64,000 bases of DNA from Balamuthia mandrillaris (Eukaryota). Made by a program: the position numbers and the translations under genes. This document shows, one piece after another, positions 40,671-53,524 of the stretch. The stretch is taken from contig JAVKOQ020000002.1 of the NCBI GenBank assembly GCA_031835245.2, positions 372,001-436,000 on the forward strand, given 5' to 3'. The notes beneath the pieces are model-generated. The model was not told the DNA's origin and did no database searches. It worked only from the letters and a program-made list of their open reading frames with translations. Position 1 is the first letter of the stretch. Every line of letters begins with the position of its first letter.

Positions 40671-41522
40671 ATGAATGGGCGGCCGATGAGCAGACAAGGG
40701 ACGGCCATGTTGAGCACTGCCTTTCTCCGCGGTGGCGATCGAAAAGTAAAAGGAGGGGCAGGAGTGTTCTTTTCTACTGCCCCCGCTCACCTCGCCTCGA
40801 AACCAAAGCAACGCATCTTTTCTGGCATCCAAGCCACCGGAAAGCTACACTTGGGAAATTATTTGGGAGCCATAAGCAACTGGGTTCGTTTGCAAAAGGA
40901 ACACCATCGCGGTGATGAGGGCGGCCACGATGACCACGCGCAAATCATTTTTGGGATCATGGACCTTCACTCCTTGACCAACACCACGCTGAACCCGGCC
41001 GACTTGAGGGAGAGCACCATGGAGGTCGCTATCGCGCTTCTCGCTTGTGGGATCGATCCAACGAAAACCATTTTGTATCCTCAATCATGGGTTTGTTTGT
41101 TTTTGATTTCTTTCTTTTTTTTTCTTTTCTTTTTTTGTAACAGAACCATCTTTTTTTTTTTGGTCCTTTGTTTTGATGAAGGTATCGGGTCATGCTGAGC
41201 TGGCGTGGATATTGGGGTGTAGAACATCGATAGGTGCTCTCAACCGAATGACTCAGTACAAGGTTTTTTTTTCCTTTCTGTTTTTTCTTTTTTGTTTTGG
41301 TTGTTGTTTCTTTTCTTTTGTTTTGTTCGTTGCTTTTGTTGTAACGTTCGTTTTCATTCTTGCTCGGCTTACTCTTTTTTTAAAAATAATTATTCAACAA
41401 CAGGAGAAGAAAGCGACACAAGGCTCAATGTTGGGATTGTTCTCTTACCCTGTTCTTATGGCTGCTGATATTCTCTTATATAGGTAAAAGCAAGAATAGA
41501 AGAGTGAATATACGAGGGAGGA

Positions 41523-41569
<47 letters not shown>

Positions 41570-42329
41570 TCTGACTGAATGAACACTCTTATTCCAATCA
41601 TTCACAGAGCCACACATGTCCCTGTTGGCGATGATCAAACGCAACATCTGGAGCTCACTCGTAACATTGCGGAAAGTTTCAACAATCATTACAAAACTGA
41701 CTTTTTTCCTCTTCCTACTCCTACCTTCAGTAAGTCGCTTACATTCCTTTGATCTCTCCAAACGTTTATTTCTTTCTACTCATCTCTTTAGCACAACAAA
41801 AAACATGACAACAAATAAAACAGCGCAGTTTCAACGAGTGATGAGCCTACGAGATGGCACCAAGAAAATGAGCAAGTCAGACGAGTCCGATAAAAGCCGC
41901 ATCAACCTCACCGATACCAAAGAAGAAATTGAGGTCAAGATTCGCAAAGCCAAAACCGACAGCACTTCCTCGCTCAGCTTTGACCCCAAAGAGCGACCCG
42001 AAGTATCCAACTTGCTCAATATGTACTCTTCTCTTTCTGCGATCGCGAGTGGGACGCAAGAGAACAACAACTACAACGACAGCTACTCTCACAAGTCTCT
42101 AACCGTGGCAGAAGTGGTGGAACGGTTTCAAGGGAAAGACACGTTGCAGTTCAAAGAGGAGCTGGCGAGATTGGCGGTGGCCAAGCTTGCTCCAATTGGA
42201 GAGAGGATCAGAGAGCTTAGAGCCAACCCAGAATTTGTGGAGAGAACCCTGAGGGAGGGGGCAAGAAAGGCTGACGAAGTGGCAACGAGAAACTTAGCCG
42301 AGATCAAGCGGATAGTTGGTCTATTGTAA
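40671..42329 (+). CDS. WARS2: Mitochondrial (bacterial-type) tryptophanyl-tRNA synthetase
   Basis: [41 protein letters not shown] and KMSKS motifs. Confidence 0.95.
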
Positions 42330-42572
42330 CTGTTACAACAAAAAAGAAAAGACGAACAACAAAAAAAAACGACAATAATCTAGATCGATCACATACCATA
42401 AATAATTAAGCTGACGTGTTGAATAACTCCGAAAACTCCGTCCATGACCAAAAATTCAGTTCTCGTATCCTCCCATCGCCCCCCCTTTTTTTCTTTCTTT
42501 TACTATTTCAGTTCCCTCACGTCCCCAGTCCAAGTCGTGTACTACGTGTGAGCGAGGAAGGTATCGTCAAAC

Positions 42573-43570
42573 ATGAAGGTGAGTCTTGCTTTTCCTCCGC
42601 ACGTTCCTCTTCATATGATTGTTTTGGGTTTGGTGCTCCAAGATTTATGTTCTGATGTTTATTATTCTTGCTCTAGCTCAACATTGCCAACCCGTCCACT
42701 GGGTGCCAGAAGCTTATTGAAATTGAAGATGAGCGTAAGCTGTAAGTACTTCTTCGATAGAAACAGCCCTTTTGGTGTATGTCTAATCTCGTTCCTCCTT
42801 TTTCTTAGGCGCATTTTCTACGACAAGAGAATGGCCGCTGAGGTGGAGGTTGACGCTCTTGGCGATGAGTTCAAGGGTTACGTCATGAAGATCACCGGTG
42901 GAAATGACAAACAGGGTTTCTGTATGACCCAGGGTGTGCTCACTCAGGGCCGTGTCCGTCTCCTTTTGGACAAGGGTATTTTACTTTCTCCTCCTGCTTC
43001 ATCTTTCCCTGTGTATCTTTTGTACCTCGGCCTAATCGCCTGGTCCAACCAGACTCCAAGGGTTTCCGCGAGAGGAGGGACGGTGAGCGCAGGAGGAAGT
43101 CCGTCCGTGGCTGCATTGTTGGCTCCGACTTGAGCGTCCTCAACTTGGTCATCATCAAGAAGGGAGAGAACGATCTGCCCGGCCTCACAGACAAAGAGTT
43201 GCCCAAGCGCCTTGGTCCCAAGAGGGCCTCCAAGATCAGGAGGTTGTTCGACCTCAAGAAGGATGACGACGTACGCCCCTGGGTTGTTCGCCGTGTGATC
43301 CCCGGTAAGGAGGGCAAGAAGGGAAGGACCAAGGCCCCCAAGGTCCAGCGTCTGGTCACCCCCGTTGTTTTGCAACGCAAGAGGAGAAGGATTGCCCTCA
43401 AGAAGAAGCAATTGAAGAAGAGCAAGGAGGACGCCGCTGAGTACGCCAAGCTCTTGGCCCAAAGGCGTAAGGAGGCCAAGGCTAAGCGCCAGGCCCTCAT
43501 CTCCCAGCGCCGTGCTTCTTCCATGCGCCGATCCAAGAAGTCCACCGCTGAACCCGCTGCCGCTCAATGA
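42573..43570 (+). CDS. RPS6: 40S ribosomal protein S6 (eS6)
   Basis: [46 protein letters not shown] and [10 protein letters not shown] motifs. Confidence 0.98.
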
Positions 43571-43927
43571 ACGACCCCGCTCATTTTTCCTCCGTAACCC
43601 AACAAAGACCAACAACAGCTCCTCATGATCTTCACACCAAGGGTACTCTCAATATTGTCCGCTATTTAAATATCCCTCCTTGGCTGCTTTAGTAAACGAT
43701 ACCTTCCTCATGATATCGTTTTCTCTCTTTCCGCTCCTCTCCCTTCTCTCATTATCAACTTGGTTGCGCGTCTTCTTTGGGGCCGTTGTTGCTAGTGCGT
43801 TCAGCTTATCTCTTTTTTTCGTCTCTGCTTTGTGGCTGTTCTGCACCGTTTGCCGCCAAAGGCAGTTTTACCATGTCGTCTCGAAAGTTTTTTTTTGTCT
43901 TTCCCGCCAAATGGCTGGTCCTCTCGT

Positions 43928-45542
<1,615 letters not shown>

Positions 45543-45672
45543 AACAAACTCGTGTGGGGCAGCACGAATGGTAATGGCATGCTGCAAAAAATTCTGTTAA
45601 TGAATTGCGAAATATGGACTAAAACTTGCTTGTGCCACACAAGGAAAAAAAACAGGTTTAACAAAAAAGAAA

Positions 45673-45744
45673 CTCCCTTGCCGGGAATCGAACCCGGGGT
45701 GGCTGGGTGAAAGCCAGCCGTGTTACCTACTACACCACAAGGGA
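45673..45744 (-). tRNA. tRNA-Glu(TTC)
   Basis: TCCCTTG acceptor paired with CAAGGGA; GTGT/ACAC D-stem; GCTGG-CT TTC AC-CCAGC anticodon arm; CCGGG-TTCGATT-CCCGG T-arm; followed by an oligo-T Pol III terminator. Confidence 0.97.
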
Positions 45745-45792
45745 CCTTGCTGCAAAGTGAGGAAAGCGTTTTCTACTAAAAAAGAGCAAAAG

Positions 45793-46606
45793 TGCCTTGT
45801 GGTGTGGTCGGCAATCCTATCTTTTCTGCCTTTACCGGCTGCACCACAAGGGAACTCTGGCTCGCTTCCCTTGTGGTGTGGTCGGTAATACTGGGACAAA
45901 CTCGTCTTACCAGCTAGACCTAAAACTATCTATGATTGCGGTGCGGAGCCTTGCCGCGTAAAATATTCAACTCGTTCAGCGTGGGGCTCAAGTCGACCGC
46001 CTTCCAACAGTGTTGGTAGATCAAGTCCCTCCAGTGGGTGGCAAGTGCAGGCCATGTTGCCCAGCGTGCTGGCGGGCATGCTCTCTAGGAGCAGCACCAC
46101 CGGGTTCATCGGCAGTTCGGCAGGAAGACCTATCTTGTCTTTGTTGTTGCGGTCTTGTTCGCATGTCGCGTCTCCCTTTTGCTCCTCCCTTTCCCAAGTC
46201 GAAGCATTACCGCCCCGCTTCTCTTCCTCTGCCTTCTCCATTTTTTTTTGTCCTTTCTTTTGTATGGGAAGTTGTTTGAATAATTCCCTTGTGCTGTAGC
46301 CGTAACAACGTGTTTTCCCAGTGTGGATCACACGAGGGACCCTCCTCTGAAACTCATTTGCCTACCGTTACCGTTCGTTCCCTTGTGCTGTAGCCGGTTT
46401 TTCGTTTGTCACCCTAAAAAGAGTGCCCGAATGCCTTGTGGAGCAGTCGGCAATTCTTTTTTTTCTCCCCTCTTTATCGGCTACACCACAAGGGAAGTTG
46501 TTGAAAGCTGGCAAGCCGTGTTTTTCCCGTTTGCCTACCGTTCGTTCCCTTGCGATGCAGCTGGTGCGAGGGGTTTTCGCGGTGTTACCCACCACACCAC
46601 AAGGGA
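45793..46606. repeat. Array of ~22-nt tRNA-Glu 5'-end-like repeats, mostly in inverted pairs
   Basis: Consensus TCCCTTGTGGTGYAGYCGGTAA. Forward copies at 45793, 45867, 46285, 46379, 46432, 46546. Reverse copies end at 45853, ~45920 (partial), 46339 (partial), 46495, 46606. Confidence 0.9.
45926..46241 (-). pseudogene. Truncated, frameshifted F-box gene fragment
   Basis: LPAELP..VLLLESMPASTLGNMACTC continues after a +1 shift as THWRDLIYQHCWKAVDLSP, then stops. Confidence 0.55.
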
Positions 46607-46768
46607 TTTGTGTTGCAATGGTTTTCGTTTGGACACCACCGCTCTAGCTCATAATACTGTAGTAAGAATTTTAAACACAAAGAAGAAGCAAAAAGAAAAG
46701 AGAGGCATAAAATAGAAATAAACCAGTGCTGGTTGTATACAAAGTAAAAGCATACAGGTCTTTGTTGC

Positions 46769-49641
46769 TCATTCTCCCTTATAGTTCTGTTAGAAACAAA
46801 AAAAAAAAATAAAAGAAAAAAACAAAACAAAAAAGATGGTTTCAATACATATAGAGAAAGAGAGAAAAGAGATAGTTTTAAAAAAAAAAGATAAAGAAAA
46901 AAAGTAAAGAGTAAAGAGCAAAAAATAAACAAGAGGAAAAAATAAATCAATTTTTACCTTTAAATAACGTCGTTGTAGCTTGTGTCGAATACGTTGATAA
47001 GCTGGAACAACGATAATGCCTAGAAACATCCCGAGTATCAACAACTCCCAATCCAACCGATCCATTCTTTCCTGTTGTTGCTGCAGTCGTCCAATCGTTT
47101 CGTTGAAAATCTTTTTCTTTTTGCTGTTGCTATTTTTCTGTTCTTCTCCGATGAGTGTTTCCTTGTCAAAATGTTGAGCATGTAACAGCTCGGGATCAAC
47201 CGTGAACCGCGCATCAGGAGAGATTTCTCCCTGTTCATCATTCTTCTTCCTTTCTTCCTCTTCCAACAATGTCTCTAATGACTTGTCGGCCTTGTGTTTG
47301 CTTTCGATGGTAGTTACCGCTGCTGGTTCCTCAGTCAAATGGCATTCTTCTTCCCATTTGTCATGCTCACATTGACTCACAAGCCTTTGTAAATGGGATA
47401 ATACAATGTTAGGTGAAAAAAAAAACAGAAAACGAAGAAAGAAATAAATAAGGCGTACTGTTCAAAATGAGAAAACGGGCAGATGTGGCCTTCACAAATG
47501 GGAAGTATGAGTTGCTCGTCGTTGTAAAGCACTTGGATGACGTGCTCTTCTCCTTCATCGTATTCATCATACTTTATACTGTGCAACTCGAATGCAAAGT
47601 AAGAGGAATAGCGAGGCTGGGCTGCATTTTCTCCATAATATAAATATTCAATTCTTTTTAAGAAATGACAAAAGAAAAAGAGAGAGACAGAGATAGAGAT
47701 AGAGACAGAGACAGAGACAGAGACAAAGACAGAGACAGAGACAGAGACAGAGACAGAGACAGAGACAGAGACAGAGACAGAGACAGAGACAGAGACAGAG
47801 AGAGAGACAGAGACAGAGACAGAGACAGAGACAGAGAAACGACAAAAGAGAAAAAGAACAGAAAGAGAAAGAGAAAGAGAAAAGATGAAGAAAAAGCGAA
47901 AAGCGAAAAAGCGAAAGAGAGAAAGAGAGCGTGTGCAAGAAGGAATACACAGAAAAAGAATAAGCAAAACTAGGAAGCAGAAGATAAACAATAACAAAGC
48001 AGATGAAGAAGGAGGACATCAACAAGAAAGAAGAGGGGGAGCAGAAAGCGAAAGGAGACTACGTACAAATATTTGGTAAAGATAAAGCAGACATCATTCC
48101 CAACAGGGTTCCGTCATGAGCAGAAAAAAGTGTAAACTTTGGTGGAGACTTTTCCTTTTTATCCTTCTTCTTTCCTTCTGCCTTTGGTTTGCTCGCAAGT
48201 GCTGCTCCTTCTTCCTCTCCAGTAATCAACTCGGTAGTACCATCAGGCTTGATCCGGATATGTGATGCCAAAAAGTCTTTGATCTGTTTTTTATGTTAAG
48301 TTTTGTTTATATTTTAAGAAAGCAGACAGAGGAAAGGAGAAAGAAGGCTGGCACCTCATTTATGAGAATGCCTCCAGCCAGGCATCCCATCTGTCTCGTT
48401 GGAAACTTTTGTGTATACTGCAAACGTATTGAAAGAAGAGAAAGAATTAAAAGATCACATTAAAAAAAAGAAGCAAAAAACATATTCAAAAAGACACGTA
48501 CAAACCAAGCAGCCACCCTTTCTATCTCTTTCATCATCTCCGGGGTGACTGGGTGACTCGGTCTATTGTGAATGCGCTCCGCCTGGAGCAAAGTCTTGAT
48601 GCTGGCAACATCTCCCAACTGCACGTCATAGCCAAACAACTGAGAGAGATAGCGCCGCAGTCGCTCCGTTTTCTTGTTCATGCTCTCCCACTCTGCCCCT
48701 TGTTTGACCTTCTTGGCCAGCTCCTTCAAACGAGGACAGTTCTTGTAGGCGTAGAGCACCCTATCTTGATGCTTCTCGGCGGCGTGAATAGGAACAGGTT
48801 GGATTAGGCCTGGAAGCCCTTCAGAGCCTGTTCCTGGTGGATACAGTCCGTGCATAAAACTCTGTTTGTGTATGAGAGAGAGAGAGAGAGAGCGAGAGAG
48901 AGCGAGAGAGAGAGAGAGAGAGAGAAGAGAGGTATCAGTATGGTTGAAAGTTTGAGAGTGAGAAGAAAGAAGAGACCTGAGCGCTCATGAGCGTTCGTTC
49001 CTTGCTGGTGGAACGAGCAAAGACCTCGTGCACGGAATACCGCGGGCTCAGCAAGCCAAACTCCTCCACATAGCGTTGGCGAAACTTTTGGCCGAGCTCA
49101 TAGTGCTGCTTCATGCCCAACCAGGTCAGCTGGCCCAAGCCCTCCGGCCATTCGCTCGTCGAGTTCGGGAAGAGCTTCACTGGCGTTCTATTTTTTTTAA
49201 AACACAAAAACAAGAAAAAAAATAAATAAAAAAAGAAAAAAAAGAAAAAAAAAAGAAAAAATAATAAAAATAAACAAAAAGAAAAGAAAAAGAAAAAGAA
49301 AAAGAAAAATTGTTAAATAAAATTATAAATAAAATAAAATAAAATAAAATAAAATAAAATAAAATAAAATAAAATAAAATAAAAAAGACAAAAAGAAACC
49401 TGTCTCCATGGCGAGTGATGACCAAGGCAGCCTTCAAAGTGGAGGCGGAGAGTTCTACGTGTCGACCAGAGGGGGAGGACGAAGATTTGTAGGAAGACGT
49501 GGTGGTGGAGGCAAATTGGATGCTTTGTTGTTGGTCGTTGTTGTTGTCGTTGGTTTGTTCGGCGGTGACGACCACCACCACCAGCCACAACAGCAAAATA
49601 GTTGGATGCAAAAGACGACGACCTCTTCCCTGGGTCAGCAT
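46769..49641 (-). CDS. Histidine acid phosphatase (lysosomal/prostatic type) with signal peptide and C-terminal TM
   Basis: RHGDR|TP, WPEGLGQLT..G..QH, RST..RTLMSA and FSAHD motifs; C-terminal TM LLILGMFLGIIVV. Confidence 0.92.
47683..47836 (+). repeat. (GAGACA)n microsatellite in an acid phosphatase intron
   Basis: Directly visible. Confidence 0.95.
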
Positions 49642-49864
49642 CTTCTCATCAGCTGTGGTGATTTTGTTACGCGTGAGGCAGTCCTTCTTTTTCCAACCTT
49701 TGGCTTCTTTTTTTTTTCTTTTTTTTTCGATTTAATCGTGCAATAATCGACAAGCACAAGAATAAATCGCCTGGTAGAATTTTGTTTCAATGGCGACACG
49801 TGTGTTTTTTCACGATAGTCGATAATTTGTTAAAATCTAAATAGAACTTGAAGCTTGCAAAGAA

Positions 49865-50782
49865 ATGACCGAAGGAGAGCAAGAAGACCTGGAGAATGGT
49901 TCTTCTCGGCAAGGCGTAGCCGACGTGAGCTCTGCTCCCACTGCCACTCTCGTTCCAGACCTCCACCTCTCCCTCTCACAACAAAACGGCCTCACACCAC
50001 CAGCGGAGGAGGGAGAAGAGGAGGAGGCTGCCGCCTCCTCCAAGCTGGACGGCCAGTGCGCTGCCTGCGGCAATCTTGTTCGTCGCCACAGGGACGCCTA
50101 CTGCTCCCGCTGCGGCCTCAAGCTGAGACCCAACAACACGTGGGACGCTCGCCTGGGCAACAGCAGCAACGACAAGCCGGACACCCCCGCCCTGGAGAAC
50201 GCCCGCCGCCGCTGCCTGCGCCGCAAAGTGCGGGTGGACATTCGGGATGGGCGTCGCTTTGTCGGCCGCCTGCTGTGCATCGATCGGCAGCGCAACTTGA
50301 TCCTGAACCAATGCGTGGAGTACCGGCGCGTTGGCTCGGTCCCTGGTGAACCAGGTTCGTTGTTGCTGTTGTTTTTTTTTGTCCTCCTCCTCTCTCATCC
50401 ATAACTAAATCATCATCAAACGAAAAAAAAAAATATAGAGAAGGAGGAGAAGAGAAATGCAGGATTGATTCTGATCGGCGGCAAGCACGTGGAGCGAGTG
50501 TTTGTGGCGGAGCTCACCGCGGAAGGCAAGTCGCTTTGGGAGAAAAAGAAGAAGCAGAGGCAGAAACAGGTGGAGGCCATCACAACAGCAAACGATGAAC
50601 AACAACAAGGAGGAGGAGAAGAAGATGCCTATGATGACTTTGATGATGGTGATGACTTGGAGCGGTACGAAGAAGAAGAAGAAGAAGAAGAAGCAGAAGA
50701 AGAGAAAGAAAAACAAGAAGGAGAAGGAGAAGAAGCGAAGAAGAAAGAGGAAGATGCACAGTCATCCAACGACACTTCATAA
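49865..50782 (+). CDS. NAA38: Sm-fold protein, NAA38/Mak31-like, with N-terminal CxxC-CxxC and an acidic tail
   Basis: LRRKVRVDIRDGRRFVGRLLCIDRQRNLIL...R.AGLILIGGKHV Sm1/Sm2 motifs. Confidence 0.65.
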
Positions 50783-50899
50783 GAAAAAAAAGTTTAAACG
50801 GTGCAAAACAAAAGTAAAGAGAGAGTGAGAGGAGAGAGAGAGGGAGAGATAGAGAGCGAGAGAGCGAGAGAGCGAGAGAGCGAGAGAAGCAAAAGAGGG

Positions 50900-53101
50900 T
50901 TATCTCCTCCTGGATCCACGGTCCTCTTCGTGCCACTCCTCGGTATCCACAAAGCCTTCCGAGTTCGGGTTAGAGTAGACGAGATCCTGCTTTCCTGACT
51001 GCAAAGATTTGTACTCCTGCACGATGCCCGCCTGGAACTGCTCCAATTGGGCGTCGTAGTCGTCGCTCACAAACAGAACAGTAGATTCCTGTTCATCCCC
51101 ATCCTCCTCTTTCTCTGCTTCTTCTATTTCTCTCTTTGCTTTTCCTTTTCCTGTTGCTTTGGCGCTAACCCGATCCTTTCCCTCATCCTCTTCACGGCTC
51201 GGGAACAAGTAGTTGCCATTCTCCTTCCTCGTGAGTTGTGAGAGAGACAAATCCATACTGCTAGGCTCCTCCTCCTCCCTTCCTCGCTTCCAATAGATGT
51301 TGTGGAAGGCAGGTAACTGGGGCAGCAGCGTTCCAGTTTGGAGCACCCTCACCTCCTCCTCACCGCCTGGCTGCCAGTAGGCGTGCTCCTGCTCCATGGG
51401 CACCCACTCCTCGGGCTCCTCCACCGCAGGGCTCAACAGGTCAGGGTGATAGCGATGCTTCAACCCGTAGTAAGGACCCGCCTTGGAGCCTACCAAACGG
51501 TACACACTAGAGTTAATGAGGGGAGGTAAGGGCCACCCGAGCTTCTTCAGGGCCAGCTCCCATTGGGGGGAGAGGGGATATTCGGCATATCGGTGGGGGT
51601 AGTACTGGTTGGGGTCCACCTCCTCGTCTAAACGATCCCACATGTTTTGGGCTGCGTTGAAGTCATCTCCGTACAGGTCCTCTGCTTGTTTTGTAGTCAA
51701 CTCTTTGATGAATGCCTTCACTTCCTCTTCTCTCTGTTTCATCAGTTCTTCATCTTGAAGCTCAGGATACTTGGCCACTAGCTCCTCCACGTTCTCGTAT
51801 TCTTTTATCGCTTCATCCTTTAGCTGTTGGGCAATATCTTTCAATTCCTCATCGTCAATCGCTCCCTCAAATTCTTCCTCATCAAAGTCTTCCGCATCAA
51901 ATCCTTCCTCGAACCCGTCCTCTGCTACACCTGTGGAAGGTGACAGGCTAGGCTGCCCGCCTCCTGTTCCTGCCATGCCGTGGCCATAACGCATGCCTTC
52001 TCTGTCTTCCTCTGCTTCTTCATCGAGCAGGAATTCTGCGCAAATGATGACATGGCGGCGCCAATCCACCTGCACAACCCTCAGGCCATTGGCATCAGGA
52101 CAAAGGGCGCGCACCACAGCTTTGGGCGGCCAGTCAAAGGCGTTCTCATCATGCCATGGGTAGAGAGGCTCCCTGTTGGCCTGCTTCGTTTGGTGCAGTA
52201 TTTTGATCTTGCGCTGCTCCTGCCGTATCTCGTTTCTTATGGCCGCCAGCTGAGCCATGTTAGAATTTGTCTGTTCCGCCAGCTTCTCCTCTAGCGTATC
52301 CTTCAGCTGTCGAATGCGCTCCTTTGCTTTTGTCACAACCTGCCTCTCCTCTTCCTCGGTCATGGCTGAGCCCTCTTGCTGTTTGTCGGAGGAGATGACT
52401 TGCCAGCCTTGACCTACCTCGTGGGGGTACAACATCTTTTGCAGGAAGGCGGTGAGCAGCTCGTCGTAGCCCTTGTAGGCAGAGAGGTCAAGCTTCTGGT
52501 CGCCCTCCAACCCCTTGAAGCCCTTGGGCAAGAAGCGCAGGGCGTAGGCCAACGCGGCCGCCTCATCTTTTTGGGCAGCGGGAGCTATGCTGCGGGCTAG
52601 GCGTTTGAAGTCGCGAGCGTCCTGGGCGCGCAGGTAGGTCCCGTCCGGAAGTCGCACGGACGAATCCACGCGGTACTCCTTTCTGGTGGAGAGAAGCGCG
52701 GAGCCCAGCGGCTGTTGCGGGAATTCTTCATGTGTGGCCGGCGCGGAAGAAGAAGAAGGAGCGGCAGTGTGAAGAGAGCGAGAGGAGATCAGAGGTCGTT
52801 GCGGATGAGAACGAGCAGAGGAAAGGGAGCGTGGAGCAGGGGAGGAGGGGCCCGCGAGCGCGGAGCAGCAGCGGTAGTAGCGGGGGCGACAGGAAGCGGG
52901 GCCGGAGGAAAAAAGGGGAGCGCGAATCGTGCCGCGCGAGCCCAAGCCCAACGCTGCTCCGGCTGCCGCACAAGCAGCGGGGTGCCGCGCGAGTCCAAGC
53001 CCGCCGCCGTTGGTGTTGAGCCCATTACTGGTAGTCCTGAAGCCGGACGCCGCAGCAGAAAGCGGCCATCCTCGTCGTCGCATGGCCGCTGCGCTACGCA
53101 T
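50900..53101 (-). CDS. Intronless 733-aa protein of unknown function with a mitochondrial presequence-like N-terminus
   Basis: Long GC-rich, non-repetitive ORF; Arg/Ser/Ala-rich first ~115 aa; acidic body. Confidence 0.8.
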   Translation of the reverse strand: MRSAAAMRRRGWPLSAAASGFRTTSNGLNTNGGGLGLARHPAACAAAGAALGLGSRGTIRAPLFSSGPASCRPRYYRCCSALAGPSSPAPRSLSSARSHPQRPLISSRSLHTAAPSSSSAPATHEEFPQQPLGSALLSTRKEYRVDSSVRLPDGTYLRAQDARDFKRLARSIAPAAQKDEAAALAYALRFLPKGFKGLEGDQKLDLSAYKGYDELLTAFLQKMLYPHEVGQGWQVISSDKQQEGSAMTEEEERQVVTKAKERIRQLKDTLEEKLAEQTNSNMAQLAAIRNEIRQEQRKIKILHQTKQANREPLYPWHDENAFDWPPKAVVRALCPDANGLRVVQVDWRRHVIICAEFLLDEEAEEDREGMRYGHGMAGTGGGQPSLSPSTGVAEDGFEEGFDAEDFDEEEFEGAIDDEELKDIAQQLKDEAIKEYENVEELVAKYPELQDEELMKQREEEVKAFIKELTTKQAEDLYGDDFNAAQNMWDRLDEEVDPNQYYPHRYAEYPLSPQWELALKKLGWPLPPLINSSVYRLVGSKAGPYYGLKHRYHPDLLSPAVEEPEEWVPMEQEHAYWQPGGEEEVRVLQTGTLLPQLPAFHNIYWKRGREEEEPSSMDLSLSQLTRKENGNYLFPSREEDEGKDRVSAKATGKGKAKREIEEAEKEEDGDEQESTVLFVSDDYDAQLEQFQAGIVQEYKSLQSGKQDLVYSNPNSEGFVDTEEWHEEDRGSRRR

Positions 53102-53524
53102 CTCCGCTACTCTTTTTTTACTTTTTTTTTTGTCGTCAAAAAATGTAATTTGTTTGTTTTTTTGGTGGGAACACTTGTTGTGCAGCTTTCGACCAGTAAG
53201 TGTTCAGAAATTGCGCACCAATAACAAAGGGAAGCACCAATCGTTCTCGATTCCTGCAGGTTTTGTGCAGCAAATGGGTTTGAGGGAGAAAAGGTGTCGC
53301 CGAAAAAGCAACAAAAAGGAACCAACAACAAAAAAAAAAGAGAGAGAGAAGTGGAAGTAAAGCAATCCAGAAAAAAAAAAGAGCCTTCCCCTCCCCTCCC
53401 CCTCACCCTTCCCTCTCTCCCTTCCCCTCTCTCTCTCTTCAAGGGCTTTTGTGTTTTTTTGTTTTAATTTGAGTGGATTCGATCCCATACGCACCACTAC
53501 CACCAAAAAAACAATAAATAAAGA

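Noticed and set aside
42613..42658. Possible C/D snoRNA in RPS6 intron 1 (ATGATTG...CTGA with CAT/ATG ends)
   Set aside because: Only ~45 nt, imperfect C box, and no rRNA complementarity I could identify.
45793..46606. CRISPR array interpretation of the repeat array
   Set aside because: Repeats alternate in orientation, are degenerate and irregularly spaced, match a tRNA 5' end, and there are no cas genes; eukaryotic context.
45793..46606. Additional tRNA genes in the array
   Set aside because: No anticodon arm or TTCGA T-loop/B-box in any unit.
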